Shown: positions 58,601 through 64,000 of the stretch, piece after piece | Layout of the letters: the number at the start of each line of letters is the position of its first letter | How positions within the stretch are numbered: position 1 is the first letter of the stretch | NCBI RefSeq assembly: GCF_009914755.1 | Contig: NC_060933.1 | DNA: 64,000 nt | Direction: 5' to 3' (one strand) | Origin: the human T2T-CHM13v2.0 reference genome, Homo sapiens | Translations under genes and position numbers: made by a program | The notes under the pieces: model-generated | Databases searched by the model: none | What the model was told of the DNA's origin: nothing | The model's input: only the letters and a program-made list of their open reading frames with translations

Positions 58601-61600
58601 CGGAATGGAATGGAATGGAATCAACTGGATTGGAATGGAATGGAATGGAATGGAATGGAATGGAATGCAATGGAATTAACCCGAATAGAATGGAATGGAA
58701 TGGAATGGAACGGAACGGAACGGAATGTAATGGAATGGAATGGAATGGAATGGAATGGAATCAACCCGACTGCAGGGGAATGGAATGGAATGGAATGCAA
58801 TGGAATGGATTCAACTTGAATGGAATGGAAAGAATGGAATCAACAAGAGTGGAATGGCATGGATTGGAATGGAATGGAATGGAATCAACCCGAGTACAGG
58901 GGAATGGAATGGAATGGAATGCAATGGAATGGAATCATCCGTAATGGAATGGAAAGGAATGGAATGGAATGGAATGGAATGGAATGGAATGGAATGGAAT
59001 CAACTCGATTGCAATCGAATGGAATGGAATCGAATTAACCCGAATAGAATGGAATGGAATGGAATGGAATGGAACGGAACGGAACGGAATGGAATGGAAT
59101 GGAATGGAATCGAATGGAATGGAACGGAAAGGAATGGAATGGAATGGAATGGAATGGAATGGAATGGAATCAACGCGAGTGCAGGGGAATGGAATGGAAT
59201 GGAATGCAATGGAATGGAATCTTCCGGAATGGAATGGAATGGAATGGAATGGAATGGAATCAACCCGAGTGCAATGGAATGGAGTGGAATGGAATGGAAT
59301 GGAATGGAACAACCCGAATGGAATGGAATGTAATGGAGAGTAAAGGAGTTGAATAGAGTCAATCCGAATGTAATGGAATGGAATGGAACGGAATGGAATG
59401 GAATGGAATGGAATGGAATGGAATGTAATGCAATGGAATGGAATCAACCCGAGTGCAATGGAATGGAGAGGAATGGAATGGAATGGAATGGAAACTACCC
59501 GAATGGAATGGAATGTAATGGAGTGTAAGGGAATTGAATAGAATCAATCCGAATGTAATGGAATGGAATGGAACGGAATGGAATGGAATGGAATGGAATG
59601 TAATGGAATGGAATGCAATGGAATTGAATCAACCCGAGTGCAATCGAATGGAATCGAATGGAATGGAATGCAATGGAATGGATTCAACTTGAATGGAATG
59701 GAAAGAATGGAATCAACACGAGTGGAAGGGCATGGATTGGAATGGAATGGAATGGAATCAACCCGAGTACAGGGGAATGGAATGGAATGGAATGCAATGG
59801 AATGGAATCATCCGTAATGGAATGGAAAGGAATGGAATGGAATGGAATGGAATGGAATGGAATGGAATCAACTCGATTGCAATCGAATGGAATGGAATGG
59901 AATTAACCCGAATAGAATGGAATGGAATGGAATGAAACGGAATGGAATGGAATGGAATGGAATGGAATGGAATGGAATGGAATGGAACGGAACAGAAAGG
60001 AATGGAATGGAATGGAATGGAATGGAATGGAATGGAATGGAATGGAATCAACGCGAGTGCAGGGGAATGGCATGGATTGGAATGCAATGGAATGGAATCT
60101 TCCGGAATGGAATGGAATGGAATGGAATGAAATGCAATGGATTCAACTCGATTGCAATGGAATGGAATAGAATGGAAAGAAATGGAATGGAATGGGATTA
60201 ACCCGAATAGAATGGAATGGAATGGAATGGAATGGAATGGAACGGAATGGAATGGAATGCAATGGAATGGAATGAAATGGAATGGTATGGAATAGAATGG
60301 TACGGAATAGAATGGAATGGAACGAATTGTAATGGAATGGAATTGAATGGAATGGAATGGAATGGAATCAACGCGAGTGCAGGGGAATGTAATGGAACGG
60401 AATGCAATGGAATGGAATCATCCGGAATGGAATGGAATAGAATGGAATGGAATGGAATGCAACAACCCGAATGGAATGGAATGTAATGGAGAGTAAGGGA
60501 GTTGAATAGAATCAATTCGAATGTAATGGAATGGAATGCAACGGAATGGAATGGAATGGAATGGAATGGAATGGAATGGAATGGAATGCAAAGGAATGGA
60601 ATCAACCCGAGTGGAATGGCATGGAATGGAATGCAATGGATTGGAATGGAATGGAATCAACTCGAGTGGAAAGGAATGGAATGGAATGGAAAGGAATGGA
60701 ATGAAGTCAACTCGAGTGGAATGGAATGGAATGGAATGGATTGGAATGGATTTCAATGGAATGAAATGGAATGGAATGGAATGGAATCAATCATGGAAGG
60801 GAATGTAATGGAGTGGAAAGAAGGGAATGGAATCAACCCGAGTGGAATGCAAGGCAATGGAATGGAATGGAAAGGAATGGAATGGAATCAACTCGATTGC
60901 AATGGAATGGAATGGAATGGAATGGAATGGAATGGAATGGAATGGAATGGAATGGAATTAACCGGAATAGAATGGAATGGAATGGAATGGAAAGGAATGG
61001 AATGGAATGGAAGGGAATGGAATCAACACGAGTGCAGGGGAATGGAATGGAATGGAATGCAATGGAATGGAATCATCCGGAATGGAATGGAATGGAATGG
61101 AATCAACTCCATTGCAATGGAATGGAATGGAATGGAATGGAATAGAATTTAATGGAATTAACCCGAATAGAATGGAATGCAATAGAATGGAATGCAACGG
61201 AACCGAATGGAGTGGAATGGAATGGAATGGAATCTACCCGAGTACAGGGGAATGGAATGGAATGGAATGCAATGCAATGGAGTCATCCGTAATGGAATGG
61301 AAAGGAATGGAATGGAATGGAATGGAATGGAATGGAATGGAATCCACTCGATGGCAATCGAATGGAATGGAATGGAATTAACCCAAATAGAATGGAATGG
61401 AATGGAATGGAACGGAACGGAATGGAATGGAATGTAATGGAATGGAATGAATGGAATGGAATGGAATCAACGCGAGTGCAGGGGAATGGAATGGAATGGA
61501 ATGCAATGGAATGGAATCTTCCGGAATGGAATGGAATGGAATGCAATGGAATGAAAGACAATGGATTCAACTCGATTGCAAAGGAATGGAATAGAATGGA

Positions 61601-63480
61601 ATGGAATGGAATGGAATGGAACGGAATGGAATTGAATGGAATGGAATGCCTTCAAACCGAATGGAATGGAAAGGAATGGAATCAACACGAGAGGAAAGGA
61701 ATGGAATGGAAAGGAATGCAATGGAATGGAATGGTACGGAATAGAACGGAATGGAACGAACTGGAATGGAATGGAATGGAATGGACTGGAATGGAATGGA
61801 ATGGAATCGTTCCGAGTGGAATAGGAGGGAATGTATTCGAGTGGAATGGAAAGGAATGGAATCAACCAGAGTGGCATGGAAGGGAATGGAATGGAATGGA
61901 AACTAATAGAATGGAATCAACCCGAGTGGAATGGAATGGAAAGGACTGGAATGGAATGGAATGGAATGGAATGGAATCAACTCGATTGTAATGGAATGGA
62001 ATGGAATGGAATGGAATGGAATGGAATGGAATGGAATGGAATTAACCCGAATACAATGGAATGGATTGGAATGGAACAGAATGGAGTGGAATGGAATGGA
62101 ATCAACCCGAGTGCAGGGGAATGGAATGGAATGGAATGCAATGGAATGGAATCTTCCGGAATGGAATGCAATTGAATGGAATCAACCCGAGTGCAATGGA
62201 ATGGAGTGCAATGGAATGGAATGGAATGGAACAAACCGAATGGAATGGAATGTAATGGAGAGTAAGGGAGTTGAATAGAATCAATCTGAATGTAATGGAA
62301 TGGAACGGAATGGAATGGAATGGAATGGAATGGAATGGAATGGAATGGAATGGAATGCAATGGAATGGAATCAACCCGGGTGCAATCGAATGGAATCGAA
62401 TGGAATGGAATGCAATGGAATGGATTCAACTTGAATGGAATGGAAAGAATGGAATCAACACGAGTGCAATGGCATGGATTGGAATGGAATGGAATGGAAT
62501 CAACCCGAGTACAGGGGAATGGAATGGAATGGAATGCAATGGAATGGAATAATCCGTAATGGAATGGATAGGAATGGAATGGAATGGAATGGAATGGAAT
62601 GGAATGGAATCAACTCGATTGCAATCGAACGGAATGGAATGGAATTAACCCGAATAGAATGGAATGGAATGGAATGGAACGGAACGGAACGGAATGGAAT
62701 GGAATGGAATGGAATGGAACGGAAAGGATTGGAATGGAATGGAATGGAATGGAATGGAACGGAATGGAATCAACGCGCGGGCAGGGGAATGGAATGGAAT
62801 CGAATGCAATGGAATGGAATGGAATGGATTGGAATCAACCCGAGTGCAGGGGAATGTAATGGAACGGAATGCAAGGGAATGGAATCATCCGGAATGGAAT
62901 GGAATGGAATGGAATGGAATGGAATCAACCCGAGTGCAATGGAATGGAGTGGAATGGAATGGAATGGAATGGAATGAACCCGAATACAATGGAATGGAAT
63001 GGAATGGAACGGAATGGAGTGGAATGGAATGGAATCAACCCGAGTGCAGGGGAATGGAATGGAATGGAATGCAATGGAATGGAATCTTCCGGAATGGAAT
63101 GCAATTGAATGGAATCAACCCGAGTGCAATGGAATGGAGTGGAATGGAATGGAATGGAATCGAACAAACCGAATGGAATGGAATGTAATGGAGAGTAAGG
63201 GAGTTGAATAGAAACAATCTGAATGTAATGGAATGGAACGGAATGGAATGGAATGGAATGGAATGGAATGGAATGGAATGGAATGGAATGCAATGGAATG
63301 GAATCAACCCGAGTGCAATCGAATGGAATCGAATGGAATGGAATGCAATGGAATGGATTCAACTTGAATGGAATGGAAAGAATGGAATCAACACGAGTGC
63401 AATGGCATGGATTGGAATGGAATGGAATGGAATCAACCCGAGTACAGGGGAATGGAATGGAATGGAATGCAATGGAATGG
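46675..63480 (+). repeat. Large direct duplication, copy 2 (partner ~7200-23935)
   Basis: Same diagnostic variants in the same order as copy 1. Differences are mostly 5n-bp pentamer indels, scattered SNVs and one 115-bp module. Confidence 0.93.
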
Positions 63481-63900
63481 AATAATCCGTAATGGAATGG
63501 ATAGGAATGGAATGGAATGGAATGGAATGGAATGGAATGGAATGGAATCAACTCGATTGCAATCGAATGGAATGGAATGGAATTAACCCGAATAGAATGG
63601 AATGGAATGGAATGGATCGGAACGGAACGGAATGGAATGGAATGGAATGGAATGGAACGGAAAGGATTGGAATGGAATGGAATGGAATGGAATGGAACGG
63701 AATGGAATCAACGCGAGGGCAGGGGAATGGAATGGAATCGAATGCAATGGAATGGAATGGAATGGATTGGAATCAACCCGAGTGCAGGGGAATGTAATGG
63801 AACGGAATGCAAGGGAATGGAATCATCCGGAATGGAATGGAATGGAATGGAATGGAATCAACCCGAGTGCAATGGAATGGAGTGGAATGGAATGGAATGG
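62040..63900 (+). repeat. Local tandem duplication of a ~935 bp unit (two copies; homolog at ~22500-23935 has about 1.5 copies)
   Basis: ORF pairs 62102/63035 and 62435/63368 (offset 933) and 22557/23495 (938). Markers ACAAACCGAAT, CACGAGTGCAATGGCAT and AATAATCCGTAATGGAATGGATAGG. Confidence 0.87.
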
Positions 63901-64000
63901 AATGGAATCAACCCGAGTGCAATGGAATGGAGTGGAATGGAATGGAATGGAATGGAACAACCCGCATGGAATGGAATGTAATGGAGAGTAAGGGAGTTGA

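Larger units (their letters stand above)
1..64000 (+). repeat. Classical satellite III (HSat3) array, (GGAAT)n / (CATTC)n, pericentromeric heterochromatin; human or great ape
   Basis: GGAAT pentamer dominates every line and is interrupted by CAACCCGAGT / TAACCCGAAT / CAACTCGATT decamers, the established signature of satellite III. The purine-rich strand is + throughout, and I saw no unique sequence. Confidence 0.98.

Noticed and set aside
1-64000. CRISPR-like repeat-spacer appearance
   Set aside because: The spacers are recurrent mutated pentamers rather than unique sequences. There is no constant-length repeat, leader or cas gene.
1-64000. Satellite II, alpha satellite or telomeric repeat
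   Set aside because: Long pure GGAAT tracts with CAACCCGAGT fit HSat3, not the CATTCGATTC/ATCATC-rich HSat2. There is no 171-bp alphoid monomer or TTAGGG tract.
1-64000. Inversion breakpoint or inserted Alu/L1/unique sequence
   Set aside because: The purine-rich strand stays on + throughout. I saw no CATTC tract, poly(A) tail, target-site duplication or non-satellite island.
1-64000. EWS-FLI1-type GGAA microsatellite enhancer or canonical G-quadruplex
   Set aside because: The repeat is GGAAT, not tandem GGAA, and runs of three or more G are isolated rather than clustered in fours.

Overview
The whole 64 kb is one uninterrupted, single-orientation array of human-type classical satellite III (HSat3). 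It is (GGAAT)n on the + strand, punctuated by CAACCCGA(G/A)T-family decamers and other recurring spacer motifs. It most resembles the 9q12-type satellite III, but that assignment is an inference. I see no genes, RNA genes, transposons or CRISPR arrays; every ORF in the track is an artefact of the stop-free pentamer (MEWNG / IPFHS). The real structure is higher-order. A ~16.7 kb near-identical direct duplication links about 7.2-23.9 kb to 46.7-63.5 kb (offset ~39.5 kb), and a ~7.7 kb one links 23.9-31.7 kb to 34.8-42.4 kb (offset ~10.6 kb). A ~2.1 kb block occurs four times, there are ~0.93 kb and ~0.17 kb local tandem duplications, and sharp mosaic junctions lie at about 4.66, 7.18 and 23.94 kb. 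The most functionally suggestive signal is about 50 copies (hand count) of GGAAT-CTTCC-GGAAT, a perfect three-pentamer heat-shock element inside the array. I found no evidence of a novel coding system. Coordinates were read by eye and block boundaries are approximate.
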